NCBI GenBank assembly: GCA_030264375.1
Contig: JASCQW010000032.1
Location: 58,500,236-58,564,235, forward strand
Origin: Carcharhinus longimanus
Lineage: Eukaryota
Direction: 5' to 3'
Length of the DNA stretch: 64,000 nucleotides
Shown in pieces: positions 11,447-22,259 of this stretch. Under the pieces are notes generated by a model. It searched no databases and had not been told where the DNA came from. It saw only the letters and a program-made list of their open reading frames with translations. Both the position numbers and the translations under genes were made by a program. The stretch's first letter is position 1. The number at the start of each line of letters is the position of its first letter.

Positions 11447-12377
11447 ATGGTTAAATTCTGTGGGGTCCAGGAGGAGCTGGAAATATGGTGGGCAGGCATG
11501 GAAAGTTGCATGAAATGCCACATGCCAAACGTCTGGTGACAGCAGAACTGTAAGTGGTTATGTCAGCAGCAGGAAAGCAGCTTTACGGGAAGCTCGCCCA
11601 TTAGCAGCAGAAAGTTCGCTGATATACTTAATTACCCACTTGCATACAAGTTAAATGCAATTTGACGAGATTTAATCCTGCCTCCCCAATTTAGTGAAAC
11701 TCACTTGTATCTCTTGTGCCTTCAATGACCATCCCAATGAAAGCTGTCAACTTATAAGTAGCTTCCTTGACTCATTTCCAGGACACTGAGTCACAGGACA
11801 CTAGATTGGCAGGAAATCCAGTAGTACTGGGCCAAAATTTAAAGGGGCAGTGCATAAGTAAGATGCAGAGACGCCATTCCTAAACCTGACATCACATGTT
11901 TGAGTTCCCACTTTGGAAGCTGCCCACAAGAAATGGGATGGGTAATGTCAACATGGGAATCATCCACTCTGCTCTTCACCTTTGAGCGCTGCAGACCATA
12001 TGTTGGCTGGATTGAGACATCCCAGACTGACTGATGTGACATTAGGGAAACCTTCACCCTGGATTTTGACATTTCTTTTGTGTGCGAAATTCAGTCGCTG
12101 GATACGTAAACAGCAAGAAAATTTCCAAATCTGACACAGGGCTGGCTGTCTTTTAAATATGGCACCAGCTTCAGCAGGGCCATCAGGTGGTGTGGACTTC
12201 CCAAAGTCCGAGCCACATCCCCAGCATTCGGTCCAGGGGTAGGCCTGCTTCACACTTACATTCATAAGCTTGCTGTCACATAACTGCATCCAGCCAGCTT
12301 CCACGAACTCATGTCAGAACCATGGCAACTCCCAGACCTGCCAGTGGGTGCCATGGCAACAGGACTAAATCCAGCCC
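11447..12377. mobile_element. Possible non-autonomous DNA transposon (PIF/Harbinger-like ends)
   Basis: Ends tggttaaattct and taaatccagccc resemble the GGGC..AATT-type termini of the other MITEs in the window. Interior not assigned. Confidence 0.3.
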
Positions 12378-12514
12378 AGGATACCTGATGAACTTCATTC
12401 CAGAGCTGGCTTAGGCCAATGAATGTCTGAAAAATCATATCAGGTTGCCAAACCAGAAGTTCTTCATGTCAGTGTACTGGTTCCAGCAGTCCCAGATTAA
12501 ATAATTAAGGTTAA

Positions 12515-12830
12515 GAATCATAGAATCCCTACAGTGCAGAAGGAGGCCATTCGGCCCATTGAGTCTGCACCGGCCATAACCCACCCAGGCCCTACTCCTG
12601 TAACCCCACATATTTACCCTGCTAATTCACCTGACACTAGGGTCAATTTAGCATGGCCAATCAATCTAACCCATTCACCTTTGGACTGTGGGAGGAAACC
12701 AGAGCACCCAGAGGAAACCCACGCAGACATGGGGAGAATATGCAAACTCCACACAGACAGTGACCTGAGGCCAGAATTGAACCTGGGTCCCTGGCGCTGT
12801 GAGGCAGCAGTATTAAGCAATGTGCCGCCC
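12515..12830 (-). mobile_element. V-SINE (HE1-like), CR1-type tail
   Basis: gaatcatagaatccctacagtgcagaaggaggccattcggcccat...gaacctgggtccctggcgctgtgaggcagcag. Confidence 0.9.
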
Positions 12831-13398
12831 ACTACCTGTGATTACCTGTGTTTGAACTTCCAAGTTTTATATTGTTACTTTATCCTTCAAGCAATGATAA
12901 CGTTTCGTGCTTTGGGGCCCTTTCTGCACTGATTGACAGAATCTCGTTGGCAGACAAAGTGGAGGCCTGACAAAAAACTGATTTACTTTTCATGATGCTC
13001 CAGTTATATCCCTTACAGAGTTTGGTGTATGGAGTCAGCCTCTCTCAGCCAGTCCACAGATACATACTGCACTGTGCTTAGGAGCAGCAATCATGGTTCC
13101 TCTGCAATTTGTTAATTTTGGCTACAATATTCCATCATTTTCCTCAGAGCTAGCTTTAGATAGTTGGCAATATTAAAGTCACATTGTCTAAAATTGTTGA
13201 CTTTAGTCTTCCAGCAGTCACAAGACCTGGAACATTGTCACATCCCCCAAAGCACACACATAAAGCAATACAAAGTTTACATTTACATAGGTGTCTACAG
13301 TGAGACACCTATGTGAATAAATTTGCAATCTTTTAGTCAAGGTCATAATATAAATAAAACATCAAACTAACCAAGATTCATGTCAGAACATGCACTAG

Positions 13399-13590
13399 GA
13401 CTGGGATTTCCCACATCCGCTTCCTCCCCACACGACATATTTTGTGGCGGTGGAGGCCCAGTTTTGACCAGCAGGACCTTGAGATCCCACCACAGTCAAC
13501 AGTGTTTTCCACTCTATGCATCCTTCCCCTCCGGCCGCTGGGAAACCCTCGGCCAGGAATTCACCACTGGTGGGACCAGAATATCCTGCC
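13399..13590. mobile_element. MITE-like element
   Basis: Imperfect termini ggactgggatttccc and agaatatcctgcc with a GC-richer interior. Confidence 0.35.
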
Positions 13591-13609
13591 AGTTAGAGTG
13601 GGCAGGAAA

Positions 13610-13915
13610 AGGTGGCATGGTGACCCAGTGGTTTGCAGTGCTGCCTCACAGTGCCAGGGACCTGCGCACAATTCCCAGCTTGGGTCACTGTCTGTGTGCA
13701 GTCTGCACATTCTCTTCGTGCCTGTGTGGGTTTCCTCCAGGTGCTCCAGTTTCCTCCCACAGTCTGAAAGGCGTGCTGGTTAGGTGCTTTGGCTGTGCTA
13801 AATTCTTCCTCACTATACCTGAACAGGTGCCAGAGTGAGGCAATTCGGGAATTTTCACAGTAACTTCATTGCAGCGTTAATGCAAGCCTACTGTGACACT
13901 AATAAATAAATAAAA
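13610..13915 (+). mobile_element. V-SINE with alternative tail
   Basis: tRNA head and V-domain, then gaacaggtgccagagtg...ttttcacagtaacttcattgcagcgttaatgcaagcctactgtgacactaataaataaa. Confidence 0.88.
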
Positions 13916-14019
13916 TGTTCTCAACATATGGCTAGCATGAGTGGAAAAATGTCTGACATCACTGTGATGGAACATGCAATTTAAGCCAAGTGGTCCACTG
14001 TTATTTATTACGACAGAGT

Positions 14020-16020
14020 GAGAAAACTCTAAATGCACTAACAGCCACCTTGAAGCAGACCGGCAGGAAAAGAACCAATGACTATTGGTTATAACTCTAT
14101 TAGAATATCCAGATGTCCTTCGACCAAGGAATGTCTGGCGCATGTATGAAGGGATCAAAAAGGTAACAGGTCCATCAGTAAAGATAACAGTCACCCACTA
14201 CAATACAGTTGCAGAGACAGGTGTAACACTATTCTGAGTTGTACTCCAGGGAGGCCACTATAACCGAGGAAGTTTGAGACATCATAGACAGCCTGCCTAA
14301 TGTGGCAGAGGGGAATATAGAACCCACAATGGAGGAGTTTAGCAAAGCTACTGACTCCTTTGCAATAGGAAAACTCCAGGTTGTGATGTTGCATTGCTTG
14401 AACTCACCAAGCATAAATAGCCAGCATCCCTGCAGTGTTTGTACAAACTTCTGTCTCTGTTGGAGGGGAAGGAAAATACTCCAAGATATATGTTCTGCAG
14501 ATACAAGAGCAAGGCAACTGCAGGGATTGTAGCAACTATCATGGCGTCGGCCTGCAGAGCATCATGGGAAATGTAACTGCCCATGGCATGCTGGTCAGAC
14601 TGCAGATCCTGGCTGAACACATTTATCCTGAACCCCAATGTTGCCTCAAAACCAGATGATCTACAATTGACCCAATCTTCTAAATCTGACAGCTGCAAGA
14701 GAATAAAGGAGGCCACAATATATTGCCTTCATCAATTTCACCAAGACATTTGACTTACCTCAAGCAGAGGTAGTCTATTTAAATTGCTGGAGAATATTGT
14801 CCGTCCTGAGAAGCTGCTCAATGTGATTTCCTCTTTTCATGACAACATGATGGGGAAGATAAGATGCAATGGGACTACATCCAAACTCTTAGAGATCTGC
14901 AGTGGCATCTAACAGGGTTGTGTTCTGACATTGATACTATTTGAAATATTCTTTTCTTTGTTGTTGTCATATGCCTTCAGGTCATCTACACAGAGTGTCT
15001 GCCTACAGACCAAAACTGACAGAAAACAGTTGTTCAGCCTTGCTCAGCTGTGATCCACAACAGAAATACACCAAGTTCTCATCAGAGAGTTACTCTATGC
15101 TGATGATTCCGTATAAACGTTCAGTACTAAGGAGTACCTTCAGATTCTCTTATGCCTGTGAGGGGTTTCATTTGACTATCAGCATCAGGCAGGCATATAT
15201 CTTGGTCCATGATGTTGCCATACCACCATCAATCAGTACTGATTATTTGATGCTGGAGGCTGTTAATAAGTTCACATATCTAGGCTCCATAATTGCCAGC
15301 AATCTTGTCACTTGATGCTTAAATCAACATATGCATCGCAAAGTTATAGCTGTTATTTCCAAGCTGAGTAACAGAAAATGGAACAACCTGACTGAGAACA
15401 CCAAACGCTGAAGTCTACCAAGCTTGAGTCCTCAGTGATGAGACCGGATAATATATCCTGGGCAGTAGAAAAGTGTGAATAGCTTCCACATTTACTATTT
15501 TGAGCTTATCCTGGCCTTTTCTTGGCAGAGTTGGCAGGTCATCAACTCAGAGTTTCTGGAATATGCTAATTCTATCGGCGTACAATCATTGCTAAGTTAA
15601 GGATGCCTATGCTGGCCTGGCCATATTCATTTAATACGATGGATGTGTGGTGAATTGGCCGTTGGATCTTGACCTGCTGGGTGTCCATACCTCTGCTACA
15701 AAGATGCCTGCAAGAGAGTTATGAGGATAGTTGTCATTGACACTGATAGCTGGAAGATAGTAATTGACAGCCATGACCCTTGGAAGCTGACAGTTTGGAA
15801 GGACATTGGAAGAGGTGAGCAGAAACAAAAAGACCAGCTGGCTACAAGGGTCCTGAGGAAACAGAGGCCAGTGGATGGTGCATCTTCTCAGCCCACTGTC
15901 TTCCTCTGCAGCAAATGCAGCAGAGACGGCCATACAGAGTGGGGTCCTGAGCTACACCAGGCCATGCTTAGCACAGAGTTGACCATCGCATCATCTTATG
16001 AGGCAGAAAGCTGCCACTAT
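14020..16020 (+). mobile_element. RTE-clade LINE, decayed ORF
   Basis: Frame fragments YIAFINFTKTFDL, QGCVL, ELLYADD, EAVNKFTYLGS and C-terminal FLCSKCSRDGH; many stops. Confidence 0.8.
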
Positions 16021-16176
16021 AATCTGCCAATGCAGTATATTGGAAAAACCATCACCAGATATTTAATTCATCCATATAGCAGGGCCACAAATGGTNNNNN
16101 NNNNNTATTGATCGCGTCCAAGAAAGGCTCAAGTGCAACGTAGCAGTGTATATTAACCATAATCACAAGAACTTAC

Positions 16177-16264
16177 GAGACACCCACAGCTGCCAGTGAC
16201 CCCAGAGGGATGTTGGATACAGGTTTCTGGAGGTCTCCACTCATGTTAAATCCTGCCATCACAC
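16177..16264 (-). CDS. SLC12A8: SLC12A8 internal coding exon (88 bp, phase 1 to 2)
   Basis: Acceptor tctcttcag|GT and donor GTC TC|gtaagt. Translates (G)VMAGFNMSGDLQKPVSNIPLGSLAAVGV(S), the SLC12 GxxAGxNxSGDL..P...IP.G signature. Not in the ORF track. Confidence 0.96.
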
Positions 16265-16511
16265 CTGAAGAGAACAGAAATTAAAGTAATATCACATTCT
16301 ATTATTTGTGTATCTCCCTTTAGACTCAATTACCTAGCACTGTATACGACAGGTATTCGGTAAACAATTAAGAGCCATTCGCGCCATGTGCCATTGTTAA
16401 TATAGCTACTATGGAATCCATAGCCCTTCATTTAAACAATATGGCTTCCACAGTATCTGAGCCTCAGTCAATATTGAAGAGCTCTCCTTGAAGTGACAAT
16501 ATTAGCAGATT

Positions 16512-16640
16512 ACAGAAAATGCTGGAAAATCTCAGCGGGTCTGACAGCATCTGTGGAGAGAGGACAGGACCAACATTTGAAACATCTGCTCTCTCTCCAC
16601 AGATACTGTCAGCCTGCTGAGATTTTCCAGCATTTTCTGT
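16512..16640. repeat. Foldback element of about 130 bp (Penelope-associated family)
   Basis: acagaaaatgctggaaaatctcagcgggtctgacagcatctgtggagagag pairs with ctctctccacagatactgtcagcctgctgagattttccagcattttctgt. Related single arms at about 33365 and 54607. Confidence 0.85.
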
Positions 16641-17393
16641 TTTGTTCTAGATTCCAGCTTCTGCAGTAATTTGCTCTTACAATATGAACACACACACACA
16701 AAATAGTTAGATTAATGCACAAGTTTTGAAGTAAATACTGCAACTACAACATAAATATACTTACAAAATGTGCAAAGAAGATTTAGAAGAAATATCTCTA
16801 AAATGAAAATAAACATGATCTTTCTTGGAGTGTGCAAGAGATATGCAGTCAACGGCCTTGAGAATTATCTGCTATGACTAGGTAAGACATATTGTTATGG
16901 TAACCAGCATTCAAGGCAAAGATAAAGAAAAATCCATCTACATGGTTTTGCACAAAATATTAGAAGGCAAGAAATGATTTTATTCCCTCAGTTCTAATCA
17001 CATTGACTTATCACTGCATTCACTGATGAAAAATAATACAAGATTACAACCAAGTTGTAATAATCAATAATTACCACCTTAACTATTGAAAGTGACTCTG
17101 AATTTCTATAAATCATTTTTTACTCACATTCCATAGTGACGTCCACTACAAAGAAATACATATAGTTAGTTGAAATTGGTCTTTGCCAGTCGCATTAAAC
17201 GAGCTCAGAGCAAATCAGCAATCTTTTAACATTGACACTAATAAGTGAGGTCACTTCCAAAGCGATCCCGAGGCCTGAAATTGAAGACTGGCGTGGAAAT
17301 TGAGATGACATGTGTAACTTTGTAAACGCATTTGTGCTGGATTGCAAGGTTTCATGTTGAAAGATTAGCTAAGACTTTGGCAAATATGCTGTT

Positions 17394-17430
17394 GATTTGC
17401 ATTGATAAGGAATCCTTTCACATGCAAATC
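17394..17430. promoter_or_regulatory. Palindrome with two inverted octamer (POU) motifs around a GATA site
   Basis: ATTTGCAT at 17395-17402, TGATAAG at 17403-17409 and ATGCAAAT at 17422-17429. Function unproven. Confidence 0.3.
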
Positions 17431-17721
17431 CAAGGTCTACAAACATCCTTGCAAAAACTACAACTGAACCCACTGCAGACACAAAGGGATTAGATTTTCC
17501 GTCATCTCCAACCTGAAACTGGGTTTGACATGGACAGAAAATGGGGAAAATACAAGGCAGCAGGGAGGGAATTGAGGCAGTGATGGCAATGGCAAACTCA
17601 ATTTCTCTTGTCTGTCCGAATGGAAGCTGGCTACACCTTCCTTTCACAGACTGAGATATGGGTCTAGCAAGCTGTCTCATCCCTAATTACTGTTGATGTC
17701 TCTGCCAGCTAAAGGACAGTA

Positions 17722-17820
17722 AAAAAATCTCACAATACCAGGCTAAAGTCCAACAGGTTTATTTGGTAGTAAACGCCACTAGCTTTCAGAGCGCTGCTCC
17801 TTCGTCAGGTGAGTGGGGAG
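17722..17820 (-). mobile_element. Penelope-like element terminal fragment running into an assembly gap
   Basis: Reverse complement matches positions 80-165 of the window (ctaccaaataaacctgttggacttta.cctgg). Confidence 0.65.
17777..17811 (-). ncRNA. Minimal (Penelope-type) hammerhead ribozyme motif
   Basis: Minus strand reads CAC-CUGACGA-A-GGAGC-AGC-GCUCU-GAAA-GC-UA-GUG: both core boxes, stem II, a palindromic AGCU in place of stem III, a UH site and stem I CAC/GUG. Confidence 0.6.
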
Positions 17821-18731
17821 NNNNNNNNNNNNNNNNNNNNNNNNNNNNNNNNNNNNNNNNNNNNNNNNNNNNNNNNNNNNNNNNNNNNNNNNNNNNNNNN
17901 NNNNNNNNNNNNNNNNNNNNNNNNNNNNNNNNNNNNNNNNNNNNNNNNNNNNNNNNNNNNNNNNNNNNNNNNNNNNNNNNNNNNNNNNNNNNNNNNNNNN
18001 NNNNNNNNNNNNNNNNNNNNNNNNNNNNNNNNNNNNNNNNNNNNNNNNNNNNNNNNNNNNNNNNNNNNNNNNNNNNNNNNNNNNNNNNNNNNNNNNNNNN
18101 NNNNNNNNNNNNNNNNNNNNNNNNNNNNNNNNNNNNNNNNNNNNNNNNNNNNNNNNNNNNNNNNNNNNNNNNNNNNNNNNNNNNNNNNNNNNNNNNNNNN
18201 NNNNNNNNNNNNNNNNNNNNNNNNNNNNNNNNNNNNNNNNNNNNNNNNNNNNNNNNNNNNNNNNNNNNNNNNNNNNNNNNNNNNNNNNNNNNNNNNNNNN
18301 NNNNNNNNNNNNNNNNNNNNNNNNNNNNNNNNNNNNNNNNNNNNNNNNNNNNNNNNNNNNNNNNNNNNNNNNNNNNNNNNNNNNNNNNNNNNNNNNNNNN
18401 NNNNNNNNNNNNNNNNNNNNNNNNNNNNNNNNNNNNNNNNNNNNNNNNNNNNNNNNNNNNNNNNNNNNNNNNNNNNNNNNNNNNNNNNNNNNNNNNNNNN
18501 NNNNNNNNNNNNNNNNNNNNNNNNNNNNNNNNNNNNNNNNNNNNNNNNNNNNNNNNNNNNNNNNNNNNNNNNNNNNNNNNNNNNNNNNNNNNNNNNNNNN
18601 NNNNNNNNNNNNNNNNNNNNNNNNNNNNNNNNNNNNNNNNNNNNNNNNNNNNNNNNNNNNNNNNNNNNNNNNNNNNNNNNNNNNNNNNNNNNNNNNNNNN
18701 NNNNNNNNNNNNNNNNNNNNNNNNNNNNNNN
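17821..18731. other. Assembly gap (largest N run). Other gaps near 5040, 16096, 25876, 39207, 41648, 47900, 54440 and 55646
   Basis: Runs of n in the sequence. Confidence 0.99.
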
Positions 18732-18995
18732 GGAATGGAGGGATACAGGACAAAGTATTAAAAGTCCAGTGAAATCATTAGCCAGGGTCAAAAGTTGAAC
18801 AAAGTAAAGAATTAATACATTATTTTTACACTCGAATCCCATCCAGAAGGTAGCTTATTATTACACATTAATTCTGAGCGCAGTCTAATATTGAATTTAG
18901 AGGGAAGCCTGTTATTGAATTCTCTTCCAGATGGTAATGTCTTATTGGACTCTTTCTAGAAAGCTGCTTGTTGATCTCTAATTCCTAGGTTAGCC

Positions 18996-19793
18996 CAAGG
19001 TTTCCCAAGCTTCTCTAGCCACAGAACCCTTTTGACCTCAGAAGAGAACTAACAGAACCCCTGAGAAATATTCTTCTTAGATTGAAGAGTTAAAGCACAA
19101 AATTGTTTTTGTGCTATAGGTACAAACTTCCACAACCACATTTATAAAAGCCTTTTGTATTTCTCATTTCTATACATTTATTATAATTAATATGTTGTCT
19201 TCTCTCACATTCATACACACCGCTCCTCTTTCTCACACTCACACTTCTCTCTCTGACACATTCTCCCTCTCATTTTCTCTCTCTCACACACACTCACCTT
19301 TCTTCTTTGCTCCATGCCCACTCACCTCTCTCTTATACACACATATACATACACACATGCACACGCATATGCACACACACTCACTCTCACACCCACAATT
19401 ACGCAACCTTGCACACAAACACACACACGCTCTCTCACCACTCTCTCACTCCTGCACCAAGGCCATTTCCCTCCTGAATTCTTTTGCCACTTGCCCACCC
19501 ACGCCCAATGGCCACTGTCAAACTCGCTCCACCATCCGCTCACTTCACTCTCACCCTTGATTAGTACTTTGCATACTCACTTTGCCACTATTTCCAACTC
19601 ATCTAATCAGCAGCCAGCTTCTCAGTGCACTGGCTGCTAATAGACTGACTAGTGTATCTATCAGTAACCAACACTATCTCTGATTGGACATGTTGGAAGG
19701 GCAGTTTTTTTTCAAATTTACAGCGGGCAGACCTACCGCAGGACCCCAGCTGTCTCCTGCAGAACCCCAGGATTCCTAGTTTGGGAAACACTG
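18996..19793. mobile_element. hAT (Charlie-type) non-autonomous element with internal CT/CA low-complexity tract
   Basis: TIRs caaggtttcccaagct and agtttgggaaacactg. Flanks ggttagcc / agttaatc are 5/8 identical and all differences are transitions. Confidence 0.65.
19197..19560. repeat. (CT)/(CA) low-complexity microsatellite region
   Basis: Runs such as tctctcacacacactc and acacacatgcacacgc. Explains the H/T/S-rich spurious ORFs. Confidence 0.85.
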
Positions 19794-19821
19794 AGTTAAT
19801 CTATTATTAGTTGACTTTTAA

Positions 19822-19890
19822 GGACAGCCTGTAACTAGAAACCCATTCAGGAGGCAGCCTGTTACTACACTGGGGTCCCATTCAGGAGGG
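19822..19890 (+). repeat. Short tandem duplication of about 30-35 bp
   Basis: cagcctgtaacta...cccattcaggagg followed by cagcctgttacta...cccattcaggagg. Confidence 0.7.
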
Positions 19891-20080
19891 AGTCTATCAC
19901 CCAACCTTCATTCCTCAGGTATTCTATTATACTGGGGGACACAGTAAGCAACGACTCAACTGGTTGCTAGGGAGTACGACAACATCTACTGCACCAATGT
20001 GGCACACATAAATCAGCATATCAAGTCCAAAGTTGACAAATGCAAACAAACAACATTTAAATATGAATATATTATCTTAC

Positions 20081-20194
20081 CAGTAGCCGTTGGAAAGAAG
20101 ACACCAAAAACTGTGAAGAAATTTTCTTCTGGGCTGTAATCTGGGAATGTATTGTTCGCAAGCACTTCTTCAGTGTATCCCACAAATCCAAAAT
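20081..20194 (-). CDS. SLC12A8: SLC12A8 internal coding exon (114 bp, phase 1 to 1)
   Basis: Acceptor tttcttag|AT and donor ACT G|gtaaga. Translates (D)[37 protein letters not shown](G), which contains the CCC-family FFPxxTG motif. In frame with the previous exon. Confidence 0.96.
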
Positions 20195-20359
20195 CTAAGA
20201 AATTGAATGGAAAATTCATTTTTTTTCTGAAAAGTACAAAATTTAAAAGTGAGTACTGAATAGTTACTGATGTGTCATCACACAATTCATACAGATCCCA
20301 CATTTTTTAGGTGTTGAATAATCTGAAGCAATAATGAAACAAGTGTCACAGTTCCTGCA

Positions 20360-20708
20360 TACTCTTGGCTAGCTAGTTAAGTCAGACTTGAGTTGCCATA
20401 CCACAAAAGGCCGTAGGTTCAATTCCTTGCCTGTTTGCAGATTTCAGCTGGTTTTATCATCAGGATACTACAGCTGACCTTAGCACCCTGAGTCAGAAAG
20501 AAGATAACTTCTGGCTTCTGATTACTAAGCTGACCTCTGTTGAGATTGGATACTGGGTGAAGGAAGACCCAGATCCAGCCTTGATGCACCCATGGTTTAA
20601 TAGCCTCCCAACACTCAATCTCGCTTTCAAAGTTCACACCTTAGTTATTGGATCCCAGGACAAACTGATCCTTGCACCAGCAAGTCAACATCTTCAGGAG
20701 AGGAGGAG
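20360..20708 (+). mobile_element. LF-SINE-like ancient SINE
   Basis: Decayed tRNA head (ggttcaattcc B-box) and colinear blocks resembling the LF-SINE consensus as I recall it: ctgattactaagctgacctctg, gggtgaagga, aatagcctcccaacactca, cagcaagtcaacatcttcaggagaggagg. Confidence 0.6.
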
Positions 20709-21849
20709 TTGTGAGATGGTGGTGAATATCAATAGAAAATAAATAAACTATGGTCAGTCCCATATAACAACATTTTTATCAATTCTTAACCAGAATGATA
20801 GAGAGTGGGATAGCTTGATCTTGAGTTTGGACATAGCTCGGCACAACATTGAGGGCTGAAGGGCCTGTTTTAATCTATATCAATAAATGTGTCAATTTAC
20901 TTGAAACACTTGATATTTTTGAGCAGTCTTTTTTAAATTAGCAAGAATCCTCAAGTCCCATACATATTAACAAATGTAATTCAATGAGAATAATTCTCAT
21001 TAGCAATCTCAGTTATAACACGTTGAGAACTTTTAACTCACATGTTGCACATATGTTAATCCATATGCTGCATATATTATTAAATCAGGTACTGATTAGA
21101 TCAAAGTACTCCCAGTTGATATACTTTTCCCCCCAAAGTAAGTAACTGAAAGAATCAGATTAACATGCATGATGAAATTTTTTTAACAAAAAAAAGACAA
21201 CTTCTACCAGAAGTTGGGAGTGGTTTTCTAACTGAAAATGAGGTCAGCAGAATGGTGGCTCCATCCACCAGCTGCTGCTATTTTCCTCCTCGTTCAGACA
21301 GGATTGGGGACATGATAGTTGAAACCCAGGCCTCACGCTGCCAAGCTCAGGGAGGTTTGCCACCAACACCCTGAATGCACTCGGTTCCAGTGCTGGCTTT
21401 GATTCACGATTTATGTGGCTTAAGCAGAAGGGTCACAAAATGAAATAATTTAGTGCATGTTTTGTAAAGGTTCCATCTAACAGTCTATTTATAAAGCCTG
21501 ATAACCATTTTCCTTCATCATAATGGAAACATCACACTTTCTGTAAAAATAACAATGCCAACTCCCACATCTATAATCACCACAAAATTCCCCTACTGTT
21601 TTCTTTCATTTGCTGCCACTTTAATTTCTATTCTTTAGCTCCAGTAACTACAGGAAAGGCCTGTGGGTGAGAGACTGACACATTCAGTGCTGTCAGGTGA
21701 GACATCAACATATTGCTCACAGTCCCACAGTCTGCTCTCTGTTCTCACTTCCAGCTTGGACAAATAAGAGAGCTGTCATTGTAACTTCACTACATGTTCA
21801 TAATGAGATACAATTGCAAGGTATTATTATTGTGTTTTTATTCCCTAAA

Positions 21850-21962
21850 AAAATCACCTATTTGGTCATTAACACATTGCCGATTGTTGGAGCTTGTTAT
21901 GTGCAAATTAGCTGCCACATTTTGTGGAAGGCACTGTATAATGCAAATATTTCTTTTCTTTT
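21850..21962 (+). mobile_element. Deu-domain-type SINE 3' fragment
   Basis: ggagcttgttatgtgcaaattagctgccacattt...ggcactgtataatgcaaatatttctttt. Confidence 0.5.
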
Positions 21963-21978
21963 ACCTCAGCAGTGACAA

Positions 21979-22103
21979 TGGCCAGAAATCCACCGCCACA
22001 CCCGCCACAGAATCGGTGCAGGCGAGGGTTCGACAACAGAAATCTCCGTTGACCTCGGGAGGGATTTTTCCATCTCGCCCAAGCGAGGCTGTAAAATCCC
22101 GCA
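21979..22103. mobile_element. MITE-like element of about 125 bp
   Basis: Ends ggccagaaatcc and gtaaaatcccgc; CpG-rich; similar architecture to 53106-53231 and about 4590-4733. Confidence 0.45.
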
Positions 22104-22259
22104 CACAGTCACTCAAACGTCACTGTCACTTCATGGCTACTCTTAAGCATTGAGTTCTACAAGCATAATTTTAGTCAATCAAAAGAATTGCAGATTAGTG
22201 CGCCACAAAATGGGCCAAATGTCAGGGAGAAATAAGAATTTATTAAAATGGATTGTCAG

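Noticed and set aside
12780-12830. tRNA-like sequences at SINE heads (also 13610, 22260, 29615, 44007, 54530)
   Set aside because: A and B boxes run directly into SINE bodies and no complete cloverleaf is evident, so these are not tRNA genes.
17763-18842. ORFs of 300+ aa in the ORF track
   Set aside because: They consist almost entirely of X from the N gap.
19192-19640. His/Thr/Ser-rich ORFs
   Set aside because: Translation of a CA/CT microsatellite.
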